This document shows positions 1-8,592 of a stretch of 64,000 nt of DNA, piece by piece. The stretch spans positions 3,904,001 through 3,968,000 of the forward strand of contig CP051526.1 of assembly GCA_050916045.1 (NCBI GenBank), read 5' to 3'. The notes under the pieces were generated by a model. The model saw only the letters and a list, made by a program, of their open reading frames with translations, was not told the origin of the DNA and searched no databases. How positions within the stretch are numbered: the first letter of the stretch is position 1; every line of letters starts with the position of its first letter. The position numbers and the translations under genes are program-made. This DNA comes from Tepidisphaera sp. (GTDB lineage Bacteria; Planctomycetota; Phycisphaerae; Phycisphaerales; UBA1924).

Positions 1-57
1 GAATGGGTCGCTCAGGTCGAAAAGGCGATCAAGCAGCTCTCCCAGCGGAACCGCTGA
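1..57 (+). CDS. C-terminal fragment of a gene entering from the left edge
   Basis: Frame 1 reads EWVAQVEKAIKQLSQRNR-TGA with coding-like codon usage and is followed by a terminator-like hairpin. Confidence 0.55.
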   Translation, partial: EWVAQVEKAIKQLSQRNR

Positions 58-98
58 GCAGCGCCCGCAGGGGCCTGCCCCTCCAGAACAGTCTGCAA

Positions 99-132
99 AG
101 GCCCCGGGACACGCGTCCGGGGCCTTTTTCTT
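99..132 (+). terminator. Intrinsic terminator
   Basis: aggccccgg/ccggggcct-type GC stem followed by tttttctt. Confidence 0.7.
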
Positions 133-246
133 GCGCCGGGCCGCTCCCGAAGCCCCGCCCGAACCCCTGAAACCCGTCTTGGCGAGTTCCCAAATACGAT
201 CCGTGGTCCCCGCCGCTTCCGTGGTCGGGGCAATTGGAGCGTTCCG

Positions 247-633
247 GTGTCGATCCCGCATGCAAGCCAGGATTCGCTGATCCCCACGCAGGAGTGGGAA
301 CGCAACCACGCGCTCTGGACGCAGCTTTCGCTCGTGCTGGCGTTCGTTCCCGGTGTGGGCACCGTGCTTGCGATCGGTGCGACGCTGCTGCTTTGGCTGA
401 TGAAGCGGGACACGTCGCGGTTCGTTGATGACCACGGCCGGGAAGTCATGAACTTCCAGATCTCGTTTCTGATCTACAGCATTGTGTGCTTCCCGCTCTA
501 TTTCATACTGATCGGGATCCCGATCATCCTGGCGGTGTACATCGCGGCGGTCGTGGGGCTGATCCGCGGAGCGGTCGCCGCCCACCGCGGGGACGTCTTC
601 CGGTACCCGATCTGCCTTCGGTTCATCCGCTAA
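247..633 (+). CDS. DUF4870 / Tic20-like membrane protein
   Basis: Three hydrophobic helices, FVDDHGREVMNFQIS and C-terminal FRYPICLRFIR motifs typical of the family; start uncertain. Confidence 0.8.
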   Translation: MSIPHASQDSLIPTQEWERNHALWTQLSLVLAFVPGVGTVLAIGATLLLWLMKRDTSRFVDDHGREVMNFQISFLIYSIVCFPLYFILIGIPIILAVYIAAVVGLIRGAVAAHRGDVFRYPICLRFIR

Positions 634-662
634 GCCTCCGTCTGGCCGCGTAGACTGCGCCC

Positions 663-1430
663 GTGGCACTGCTTGAAGCCCATGAACTCCGCAAGTCCTT
701 CGCCGGCCGGACGGTCGTCGACGGGGTCTCGTTTTCCGTCGAGCGAGCCCGCGTGGTCGGCCTTCTCGGCCGGAACGGTGCCGGCAAGACCACCAGCTTT
801 CGGATGACGATCGGCATGATCGACGCCGACGGTGGCCGTGTGCTCTTTGATGGCAAGGACGTCAGCGGCCTGCCGATGTACCGCCGGGCCCGAAGCGGCA
901 TGGGATACCTCAGCCAGGAGCCGAGCGTCTTCCAGCGGCTCACCTGCGAGCAGAACCTGATGGCGATCCTCGAGACGCAGCCGCTCACGCGAACCGAGCG
1001 TCTGGCCCGGGCCAAGCAGCTTCTCGATCAGTTCGGCCTGGCTCACAAAGCCAATCACGCGGCGCGGACCTGCTCGGGGGGCGAACGCCGCAAGCTCGAG
1101 ATCGCCCGGGCTCTGGTGACCAAGCCGAGCCTGATCCTGCTCGACGAGCCGTTCAGCGGCGTGGACCCCATCGCGGTGGAGGACCTCCAGAAGGAGATCC
1201 GCACGCTTGCAGCGACGGGGATCGCGTTCCTGATCACCGACCACAACGTGCAGCAGACGCTCCGTGTGTGCGACTCGGCTTGCATCGTCGATTCCGGCCG
1301 CGTGCTCTTCCGCGGAACACCGAAGGAACTGATCAACGACCCGCGGGTGAAGCAAGCGTACCTTGGCGGGCTTTTCCGCGGGGACGAGTTCGACGACCAG
1401 CCCGCGGCGGCGACGGGAGGCCGCTCATGA
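663..1430 (+). CDS. lptB: LPS export ABC transporter ATP-binding protein
   Basis: GRNGAGKTT Walker A, GYLSQEPSVF, SGGERRKLEIARAL, LLDEPFSGVDP, ITDHNV, YLG tail. Confidence 0.93.
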   Translation: MALLEAHELRKSFAGRTVVDGVSFSVERARVVGLLGRNGAGKTTSFRMTIGMIDADGGRVLFDGKDVSGLPMYRRARSGMGYLSQEPSVFQRLTCEQNLMAILETQPLTRTERLARAKQLLDQFGLAHKANHAARTCSGGERRKLEIARALVTKPSLILLDEPFSGVDPIAVEDLQKEIRTLAATGIAFLITDHNVQQTLRVCDSACIVDSGRVLFRGTPKELINDPRVKQAYLGGLFRGDEFDDQPAAATGGRS

Positions 1431-1882
1431 CCGGACGGATGGCGATGATGACGATCCTGTCGCTGGCGGCCGCGTGCGGCGGGTGCGCCGAGCGCCGGCT
1501 GGCGATCACGTCGGAACCGGCGGGCGCGACCGTGTGGGTCAACGATGTCGAGGTGGGGCGCACGCCGGTCGAGGTCAACTTCACGCACTACGGCACGTAC
1601 GACGTGCGGCTCCGCTTGGACGGGTACGAGCCCATCGCGACCAGCGCCCAGGCGAAAGCTCCGTGGTACGAGTTCGTCGGAGCGGACCTCGTGACCGAAG
1701 CGATCCCGTTCGGGGAGCGCGGCGGCGTCATGACCCGCGTCTCGTGGAATTTCGCCATGAAGCCGGCCCTCGAGCGGGTCGAAGACCGGAAAGCGTTCGA
1801 AGCCGACCTGCTCGAACGAGCCAAAGCCCTCAAGTCCCGGCTTTCGCCGGCTGATCCGGGCGGATCCGCGCCGGACCGCTAA
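1427..1882 (+). CDS. PEGA-domain probable lipoprotein
   Basis: ATGA overlap with lptB stop; signal peptide with Cys; ITSEPAGATVWVND...GRTP...YDVRLRLDGYEP PEGA signature. Confidence 0.8.
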   Translation: MTGRMAMMTILSLAAACGGCAERRLAITSEPAGATVWVNDVEVGRTPVEVNFTHYGTYDVRLRLDGYEPIATSAQAKAPWYEFVGADLVTEAIPFGERGGVMTRVSWNFAMKPALERVEDRKAFEADLLERAKALKSRLSPADPGGSAPDR

Positions 1883-2510
1883 GCCCGATCGGCCGGGCCG
1901 GCGACCCCGCCACCTTCATGCCCGCCGCGATCTCGCGGATCACAACCGCCCCCGCGCCAATCACCGCATCCGCGCCGATGCTGACATTGGGGAGCACACG
2001 CGATCCCAAGCCCACGAGCGTCCCGGGCCCGACAATGACCCGCCCGCCGAGCACCGCTCCGGGAGCGACATGCGCGTTGGCGCCGACATGGCACTCGTGC
2101 TCGACGATCGCGCCGCTGTTGATGATCGCGTGATCGCCGACGACCGCGAAGGAATGAACCAGGGCCGTGGGCCCGATGTAGACGCCGCGACCGACCGTCG
2201 CCGAGGAGTGCACCACCGCCGAGGGATGAACGATCGGCGGAGCGACCGACCGCGAGCCGCTTCTCGCGAGTCTGGCCAGAAGCCGGGCCCGAAGCGGGAT
2301 GTCCCCCACCGCGAGGATGGACGCGACCCTCCCCGTGCCCGCAAGCCCGTCCTCGAACCCGCCCAGTCTCGGGATCGCCAGTAGGCGCGAAGCCGGCGGT
2401 TCCGGGTGATCGTCGTACAGGCCGACCACGCGAAAGCCCGCCAGCAAAGCCGCTTCGGCGACGACCAAAGCGTGCCCGCCCCCGCCCAGCATGACGATCG
2501 ACTCGGCCAT
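1830..2510 (-). CDS. NeuD/PglD-family sugar O/N-acetyltransferase (hexapeptide repeats)
   Basis: IVMLGGGGHA N-terminus, IVHPSAVV, AIVEHECHVG, left-handed beta-helix repeats, AGSPARPI. Confidence 0.88.
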   Translation of the reverse strand: MAESIVMLGGGGHALVVAEAALLAGFRVVGLYDDHPEPPASRLLAIPRLGGFEDGLAGTGRVASILAVGDIPLRARLLARLARSGSRSVAPPIVHPSAVVHSSATVGRGVYIGPTALVHSFAVVGDHAIINSGAIVEHECHVGANAHVAPGAVLGGRVIVGPGTLVGLGSRVLPNVSIGADAVIGAGAVVIREIAAGMKVAGSPARPIGLSGPARIRPDQPAKAGT

Positions 2511-2560
2511 GTTTCAAGTATCGGACGCGCTGCGGGGGGTGGCTGCAACTAGACTAGAGA

Positions 2561-3370
2561 ATGGAAAGCGTTCGGATCGGGGTGGTCCGGTATCTCAACA
2601 CAGCACCGCTGATCGAGGGCTTGGATCGCGTCCAGGGCCTGACGGTCGTGCCCGCGGTGCCCGCCGGGCTCGCCGGCATGCTCCGGACGGGAGCGGTGGA
2701 CATCGCTTTGGCGTCGATCGTGGATCTGGCCGGGGGCGGGGGCGTGCCGCTCACGGTGCTCCCAGTGGGCATGATCGGCTGCGACGGGCCGACGCTCACG
2801 GTGCGCGTGTTCTCGCGCGTCCCGATGTCGGAAGTCACCGAGATCCACGCCGACACGGAGAGCCACACGTCCGTGATCCTCTGCAAGCTTCTGTTCCACA
2901 AGCTGCACGGCCGCGAGGTCACGCTGGTGCCGTACAAGCCGGGTGGCGCTCGGCCGGTAACGGTGCTTCTGATCGGGGACAAGGTCGTGACCGATCAGGC
3001 CGCGACGGCGGGATATGAGCACCACCTCGACCTGGGCGAAGCGTGGCACGGGCTGACAGGCTTGCCCTTTGTGTACGCTGCGTGGGCTTGCAGGACCGCC
3101 GAAGCGGGCCAAAGCCGGATCCGCGACGCGGCGGTGCTTCTGGATCGGCAGCGGCGTCACAACCGGACGCGGCTTGACTGGATCGTCTCCGCGCGGGCGT
3201 CCGCGGCGGGATGGCCGGCGGATCTGGCGGCGAAGTACCTGGGCCGACTGCTGAGGTACGACCTGGGAGAGCGCGAACGGCGGGCGGCGGACCTGTTCAT
3301 CCGCGAAGCGTCGTCGCGAGGGTTGCTGGGCTCGGGCGAATTCTCCCTGACCTGGGACCGTGGGGACTGA
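2561..3370 (+). CDS. mqnA: Chorismate dehydratase, futalosine menaquinone pathway
   Basis: RIGVVRYLNTAPL, SHTSVIL, LLIGD, DLGEAWHGLTGLPFVYAAW motifs. Confidence 0.85.
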   Translation: MESVRIGVVRYLNTAPLIEGLDRVQGLTVVPAVPAGLAGMLRTGAVDIALASIVDLAGGGGVPLTVLPVGMIGCDGPTLTVRVFSRVPMSEVTEIHADTESHTSVILCKLLFHKLHGREVTLVPYKPGGARPVTVLLIGDKVVTDQAATAGYEHHLDLGEAWHGLTGLPFVYAAWACRTAEAGQSRIRDAAVLLDRQRRHNRTRLDWIVSARASAAGWPADLAAKYLGRLLRYDLGERERRAADLFIREASSRGLLGSGEFSLTWDRGD

Positions 3371-3373
3371 CCG

Positions 3374-5056
3374 ATGCCTCCGCTTCCGCGCATCCGGGTT
3401 CCGATGCTGGCGGAACTCGCCCGCGAGCTTCGGTATGCGCCGCGGGCGGCGCTGCTTCGGGCCGCCGAACGAGCCGAGTCGCTCGCGGCCGCGCTGAGCC
3501 CCGGATCCGTCGTGCCCGCCGAGTGGGTCGTCTTCAAGATCACGGGATACAGACCGGAGCGATGGCCGGAGGAACCCGGTCTCATCGCGGCCGACGGCGG
3601 GGACGTGCGGGCCGGGCTTTCTGCGCTCGTCGAGTTCCTCACCCATCAAGCGGCGTGGACGATCGGCGAAGCGACCGCCGCGCACGCCGTCACCCGCGCC
3701 GAGCTCGCCAGATCCTGGAGCGTCAGCGAGAAGACCATCGACCGCTTCCGCGCCGAAGGCCTCATCGCGCGGCGGGCACTCCGCGAGGACGGCAAGCCGG
3801 TGCTCGTGTTCCTCCCCGGTCCCGTCGCGTGGTCGCAGCAAGCGTTCGCGACTCGCCTTGTCGAGCCCGTGCGCCCTGCGCGGATGACCCAGGCCGAGCG
3901 CGCGCGGCTGGTCCGCCTCGCCGAGCGCTGCCGCCGCCGGTTCGGGTGCTCCCTCAATCAGACCGCCAAAGCCCTCGCACCGCGGGTGGACCGGAGTTTG
4001 GAAGCCGTGCGCCAAGTCCTCCGCGCCGAGGACGAGCGGCGAAGCCGCGAGCGACTGCCGCTGATCTTCGGCGACCCTCCACCGCTTGAAGCACGACACT
4101 CGCGCTGGATGTTCCGTGCGTGGAAGCGGGGAGCCGAGCCTTCCGATCTTGCCGAGCACGCTCGCTGCTCGCGAGCGGCGGCACAGCGAGCGATCAACTT
4201 GCGCCGAGCGGCTCTTCTGGCCGGCGTCGCGATGCCGGGCGGCAAGCCGTTATCGCTCGCGGAGCTTGACAAGAGTGGTGACTCCGTCACCGATTCGTTC
4301 GGCCAGCCGGGCCCGACCGATCTGGCGGCGCTGGTCGCTTCCGCCCGCGTTCGGACGGTAATGGGCCCCAAGCAGGAGCACACGCTTCTTCAGCGATACG
4401 CGTCGCTTCGGCTGACCGCGACGGCGTGGACCGGGAGCACACCGCACGCCAACCCTCAGTCCGAACCGCTTGATGTCGCCGAGACGTGTCTTCGGTGGGC
4501 TTCGCTGGTCAAGGTCGAGCTCATGCGGCCGCTGCTGACGCTTGCCGTCGAAACGGTGGAAGCGGTGCTCGAGCGGCCGATCGAGACGCTTGGCGCGACG
4601 GATGTTTCCGAGCTTCTGAGGATTCAGCTGAGCGTGCTCGCCGAGTCGATCGATCACGCGGATCCGTCGCGGACGGGACGACTCGCGGGCGCGGCCGCGC
4701 TCGCGCTCAGCACCGCGGCATCTCGATGGGCGAAGACCAGAGCCCGAGCGTCGACGAAAGCTGGTTCACGGGCGTCCGTGTCGCTTCCGGCTGGTCTCGC
4801 GACGCCCGATTGGACGCGGAACGTGGCATCGTGGCAGGGGTGGCTCGAACCCGACGCGCGGATCCGCGGGCAGCTTGATCGCATGCCGGCGCAGAGCGCC
4901 GCTCTGCTCCGACTGCGGTTCGGTTGGTCGGGCGAGCGACCGCGGACGCAGACGGAAGCCGCGGCGAGTCTGGGGCTCTCCCGCATCGCGCTGCCTCGGG
5001 CCGAGCGCGCGGCGATCCGGCTGGGTCTGGAACTTGCTCGCGGGATCAAGTCATGA
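3374..5056 (+). CDS. Degenerate planctomycete-type sigma-70-like protein with N-terminal HTH extension
   Basis: KITGYRPE, ELARSWSVSEKTIDRFRAEGL (HTH-like) and region-4-like LRLRFGW...TQTEAAASLGLS; region 2 motifs eroded. Confidence 0.65.
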   Translation: MPPLPRIRVPMLAELARELRYAPRAALLRAAERAESLAAALSPGSVVPAEWVVFKITGYRPERWPEEPGLIAADGGDVRAGLSALVEFLTHQAAWTIGEATAAHAVTRAELARSWSVSEKTIDRFRAEGLIARRALREDGKPVLVFLPGPVAWSQQAFATRLVEPVRPARMTQAERARLVRLAERCRRRFGCSLNQTAKALAPRVDRSLEAVRQVLRAEDERRSRERLPLIFGDPPPLEARHSRWMFRAWKRGAEPSDLAEHARCSRAAAQRAINLRRAALLAGVAMPGGKPLSLAELDKSGDSVTDSFGQPGPTDLAALVASARVRTVMGPKQEHTLLQRYASLRLTATAWTGSTPHANPQSEPLDVAETCLRWASLVKVELMRPLLTLAVETVEAVLERPIETLGATDVSELLRIQLSVLAESIDHADPSRTGRLAGAAALALSTAASRWAKTRARASTKAGSRASVSLPAGLATPDWTRNVASWQGWLEPDARIRGQLDRMPAQSAALLRLRFGWSGERPRTQTEAAASLGLSRIALPRAERAAIRLGLELARGIKS

Positions 5057-5916
5057 ACGCCCGCCCGGACACCGTGCTCATCCACCCGGGCGGAGCTTTG
5101 GGCGACTTTGTCCTGACCTGGCCCCTCGCACGCTCGCTCGTCGCGTCCGGCCGTCGAGTGCGGGTCGTTTCCGCGGCTTCCAAGGCCGAGCTGACCGCCG
5201 CCGCCCTCGGCGTGGACGCGGCCGCGGATCACTTGCCACCATGGTCCGGTCTTTGGCGGGGCGACATGAAAGCCCAGCCCTTCCCTTCGGTCGAGTTCGT
5301 CGTCGCGTTCGGTAAGCGTTCCCAACCGTGGCTGACGGCGACAGCTCAACTCTTCCCAAGCTCGCGGGTCGAAGTCGAGCGGCGGCTGGTGGACCGGACG
5401 GTCGCCATCGAGCTCGCCGAACGCTTCGCCGCCCGTGTGGTGCTTCATCCCCCCGTGACGCCTCACCCCGCCGGCCCGGTCGTGATGCATGTCGGCTCCG
5501 GCGGGATCGCCAAGCAGTGGCCGCTCCCCGCGTGGCTCTCGCTGAAGCAGAAGCTCGAAGCTGCCGGCTTTCAGGTGCGCCTGATCGCGGGGGAAGCCGA
5601 GCACGAGCGCTTTCGCGACGCCGATCGGGCACGCTTCGCCGGCGCGGGCGGCCAGTTCGTCGAAGCGATTCAGGACCTAGCCGAGATCGTTGGACAAGCT
5701 CGGGCGTTCATCGGCGCGGACAGCGGCCCCTCGCACCTCGCCGCGCAGCTCGGAACTCCCACGCTCGCCCTCTTCGGACCGACGGATCCGCATCGCTGGT
5801 CGCCGATCGGCCCGCGGGTTTCTGTGGTGCAAGCGCCGGAAGGGACGATGAACGCTCTGACGGTCGAAACCGTGTGGGAAAGCCTTTCAGGCCTGATCGC
5901 CCAGGAGCAAGCGTGA
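5053..5916 (+). CDS. Glycosyltransferase family 9 (heptosyltransferase-like)
   Basis: PGGALGDFVL, HVGSGGIAKQWP, FIGADSGPSHLAA, LFGPTDP; ATGA overlap with the upstream gene. Confidence 0.88.
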   Translation: MNARPDTVLIHPGGALGDFVLTWPLARSLVASGRRVRVVSAASKAELTAAALGVDAAADHLPPWSGLWRGDMKAQPFPSVEFVVAFGKRSQPWLTATAQLFPSSRVEVERRLVDRTVAIELAERFAARVVLHPPVTPHPAGPVVMHVGSGGIAKQWPLPAWLSLKQKLEAAGFQVRLIAGEAEHERFRDADRARFAGAGGQFVEAIQDLAEIVGQARAFIGADSGPSHLAAQLGTPTLALFGPTDPHRWSPIGPRVSVVQAPEGTMNALTVETVWESLSGLIAQEQA

Positions 5917-7019
5917 AGCGGTGGATCGGAGGAGTCTTGAAGTGGACGGGCCGCACGCTTTGGGCGTGCGGCGCGGCCCTCCTTGCCGTCTGGGCGATCG
6001 GACAGATCGCCACCGACCGCTGGCACTGGTCGCAGTACTGCTTCTGGATTCCCACGATCTTCGCCGTGCCCGGGGCGGGCTTGGCGATGTCGGCGGGGCT
6101 TGCGCTCCGGTCGCTTGCGAGAAAGCGCGATGAAGCCAGGGCAAGCCCACGGCGGAGATGGATCGCGACGGGCACCGCCGTGACCCTGCTTGCTTCGTGC
6201 GTGTGGATCGGATGGCAGTGGCGGATCTTCGCACGACCGCCGGCCGCTTCGGACCGCACGCTCCGCGTCATCCACTGGAACGCGACAAGCGACATCGGCA
6301 AAGCCTGGCCGCTGCGCATCATGGACCGTAATCCGGATCTCATCGTCATCAATCCCGCGAGCCACCAGCTTTGCCGCGAGCTTGTCAGCCCGGACCGTCC
6401 ATACGGCGACCCGCTTTACAGGCACGGGTTCACGGTGCTTTCCAAGTACCGCATCGTTCGAACGGCATACACGACGCTCCGGATCTCACTGGGCACGGGC
6501 ATCGATCCCAGGAAGGATGATCTGGTCGGCCAGCACAAGGACCATGGGCGGGCGCTGATGGTCGAGCTTGACACCACGGAGGTCTTCGGACGCAGACTCC
6601 GGGTGCTTTGCCTGGATCTTCCGTCGGATGTGAGCCTTCATCGCGGCGTTTCGTCGGCCGAAGCGGCGCGGGCGCTGGCTTCGTACGCGGGGCCGTTTTC
6701 CGTGCTTGGTGAGGACGGAGTCTGGTCGCAGGAGACCCCAAGCGTTCCGGGCGTCGGAGCACCGGACCTGGTTTTGGGTGATTTCAACACGCCGCGTGGT
6801 TCACGGTCGCTGGAACGGCTGACCGAGGGGCTTGGGCATGTGTACGACGAGGCTGGACGCGGCCCGTTCGGCACATGGCCGTACGCGCGGCCGATCTGGC
6901 ACCTGGACCACATGTTCATCGCGCCGTGGCTTCGCGGCGTGGTTTACGAGCCCCTTGATCTCGGCGGCGGGACGCACCGCGGCCAGCTTGCGGATCTCGC
7001 GGTTCGCGAACCTTCCTGA
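5913..7019 (+). CDS. Membrane-anchored endonuclease/exonuclease/phosphatase (EEP) family protein
   Basis: N-terminal TM helices, LRVIHWN, LGDFNTPRGS, GTWP...WHLDH, THR; GTGA overlap with the GT9 stop. Confidence 0.75.
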   Translation: MKRWIGGVLKWTGRTLWACGAALLAVWAIGQIATDRWHWSQYCFWIPTIFAVPGAGLAMSAGLALRSLARKRDEARASPRRRWIATGTAVTLLASCVWIGWQWRIFARPPAASDRTLRVIHWNATSDIGKAWPLRIMDRNPDLIVINPASHQLCRELVSPDRPYGDPLYRHGFTVLSKYRIVRTAYTTLRISLGTGIDPRKDDLVGQHKDHGRALMVELDTTEVFGRRLRVLCLDLPSDVSLHRGVSSAEAARALASYAGPFSVLGEDGVWSQETPSVPGVGAPDLVLGDFNTPRGSRSLERLTEGLGHVYDEAGRGPFGTWPYARPIWHLDHMFIAPWLRGVVYEPLDLGGGTHRGQLADLAVREPS

Positions 7020-7043
7020 ACAGATCGCGGGTACACTGTGATC

Positions 7044-7739
7044 GTGAGCACACCCGGCCAACAGCCCCGCTCGCCCGCGGGCGATGTCTTTCCCGCGACG
7101 CAGGTGTCGTGGATCGACGACCACATGGGCCGGGGCACGATCGGTCGCTCCGAAATCAACCGGCACATCATGCAGGTGTACCGCTGGCCGCTCCGCGTGT
7201 ACTTCATGGGCACGCGCGACCGCTGGCTTGGCGAGCCCGAGGACATCGTGGACGGGTTCTTCGCCGACCGCCTGTCGCGGCCGCAGTTCATCAAGGACTG
7301 GCGTGCGAGCGGTCTCAAGCTCCGCCACTGGCTGATCAATGCGTTCTGCTTCTATCTGCGGGAACTCAAGCGTGCTCGCCAGCGCCACGCCCACGAAGAC
7401 CTCACCCAGACCGCCGAACCCGAAATCACGCCGTCGGACCTGCGTGAGCTCGACCGCGCTTACGTCGCCTCAATCGTCCGCGAAGCGCTCGCCGAAGCCG
7501 AGCGCGTGTGCAACGAACAGGGCATGAGCCAGCACTGGAAGGTCTTTTCCATGCACTTTGCCATGGGCCGGCCGTACGACCAGTTCGTCGAAGACATGGG
7601 AATCGACCCCGCCCGAGCGGTCGTCATGGCCCGCACGGCCAAGAAAAAATTCCAAGCCGCGCTCCGCGAACTCCTTAGCAACGACAGCGATTCGACCGAC
7701 ATTGATGCGGAGATTCGTCAACTCCTGGAGGGCTCCTGA
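7044..7739 (+). CDS. ECF-type sigma-factor-like protein
   Basis: FPATQVSWI, YRWPLRVY, EDIVDGFF, KLRHWL, DRAYVASIVREAL and C-terminal HTH plus IDAEIRQL resemble planctomycete ECF sigma factors; start chosen 6 nt after TACACT. Confidence 0.65.
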   Translation: MSTPGQQPRSPAGDVFPATQVSWIDDHMGRGTIGRSEINRHIMQVYRWPLRVYFMGTRDRWLGEPEDIVDGFFADRLSRPQFIKDWRASGLKLRHWLINAFCFYLRELKRARQRHAHEDLTQTAEPEITPSDLRELDRAYVASIVREALAEAERVCNEQGMSQHWKVFSMHFAMGRPYDQFVEDMGIDPARAVVMARTAKKKFQAALRELLSNDSDSTDIDAEIRQLLEGS

Positions 7740-8260
7740 TGCCATCCGAAGGCTCCTTTGACCCGATGATCTCGCTTCCCGGAACGGTGGCACGCACGTC
7801 CGAGCTCGGCTCTCGCGTCGGGCTTGACCCCCAGCTGGCCCAGGAGATGCTCAAGATGGGCGTCGCCGATGCCCGCCGGCCCATCGACCGGCTGATCGAG
7901 CGTCTGAGCGTGCCGGGCGGAGCGGACTGGCTGGTGCTCGGACTTCGACTGCCGCAGTGCGGGTTCGGCGAGGATCCCGAAGGCGGGCTGGTCCGCGGAC
8001 GTCTTTCGCTCGCGGCTCTGGACGCGGCGAAGGAACGATGTAAGCAGGCCGCGTTCACCGACCCCGATGCGAACGTGCGTCTGGCGGCGACGGGCGGTTA
8101 CTACCTCACCATCGCGGCGGCGGCCGTGCACCACAACCGCCTGATCACCTCCCTGCCCCACGAAGAGCTCAGCAACGCTTTCTTGGACCTTGGAGCCGCG
8201 ATGCAGGAACCTTGGGCTCTGCTTTTGGGCAGAGCCGCTCTGCTGCTCGGCGTCGCCTGA
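7739..8260 (+). CDS. Hypothetical protein translationally coupled to the ECF-like gene
   Basis: TGATG overlap, coding-like codon usage, helical sequence; no family recognised. Confidence 0.7.
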   Translation: MPSEGSFDPMISLPGTVARTSELGSRVGLDPQLAQEMLKMGVADARRPIDRLIERLSVPGGADWLVLGLRLPQCGFGEDPEGGLVRGRLSLAALDAAKERCKQAAFTDPDANVRLAATGGYYLTIAAAAVHHNRLITSLPHEELSNAFLDLGAAMQEPWALLLGRAALLLGVA

Positions 8261-8305
8261 GGCGAAAGCAGAAGAGCGAGCGTCGAGACCGAACCTCCGA
8301 ATCAG

Positions 8306-8346
8306 AAAAAAGGGACGACGAGCCGTGCATGCACGGGCTCGTCGTC
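8306..8346 (-). terminator. Intrinsic terminator (second of a tandem pair)
   Basis: gacgacgagcc...ggctcgtcgtc stem with an A6 run on its left, which is a U tract on the minus strand. Confidence 0.65.
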
Positions 8347-8356
8347 ATCGATCGGG

Positions 8357-8408
8357 AAAAAACGGCTGAGGGGTCCGGGCTGTCCGTCCCGAACCCCTTA
8401 TTCAGCCG
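8357..8408 (-). terminator. Intrinsic terminator (first of a tandem pair)
   Basis: cggctga...tcagccg outer stem, inner ggggt/acccc stem, A6 run on the left. Confidence 0.6.
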
Positions 8409-8592
8409 TGCGTCTCAGCTCCCTCCGAACCGAGATCACGAAGATCGAGATCACCAGATTCGGAGTCCAAATCCTGCCGCCGGCGATCAAAACCCCAGCC
8501 AATCCCCGGTCACCACCGGCGGGCTCCACTGAAGAAAGGCACATGGCCGAGCGCCGTGCACGCTGCTTTTCAGATTTTTCGCCAGATTGACC

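Noticed and set aside
1830..1882. 53-bp convergent overlap between the PEGA and acetyltransferase genes
   Set aside because: Only low-complexity tails overlap, which is common in GC-rich genomes
5328..5912. N-terminal extension of the 563-aa EEP ORF
   Set aside because: Overlaps the GT9 gene in another frame; a GTGA coupled start at 5913 is more plausible
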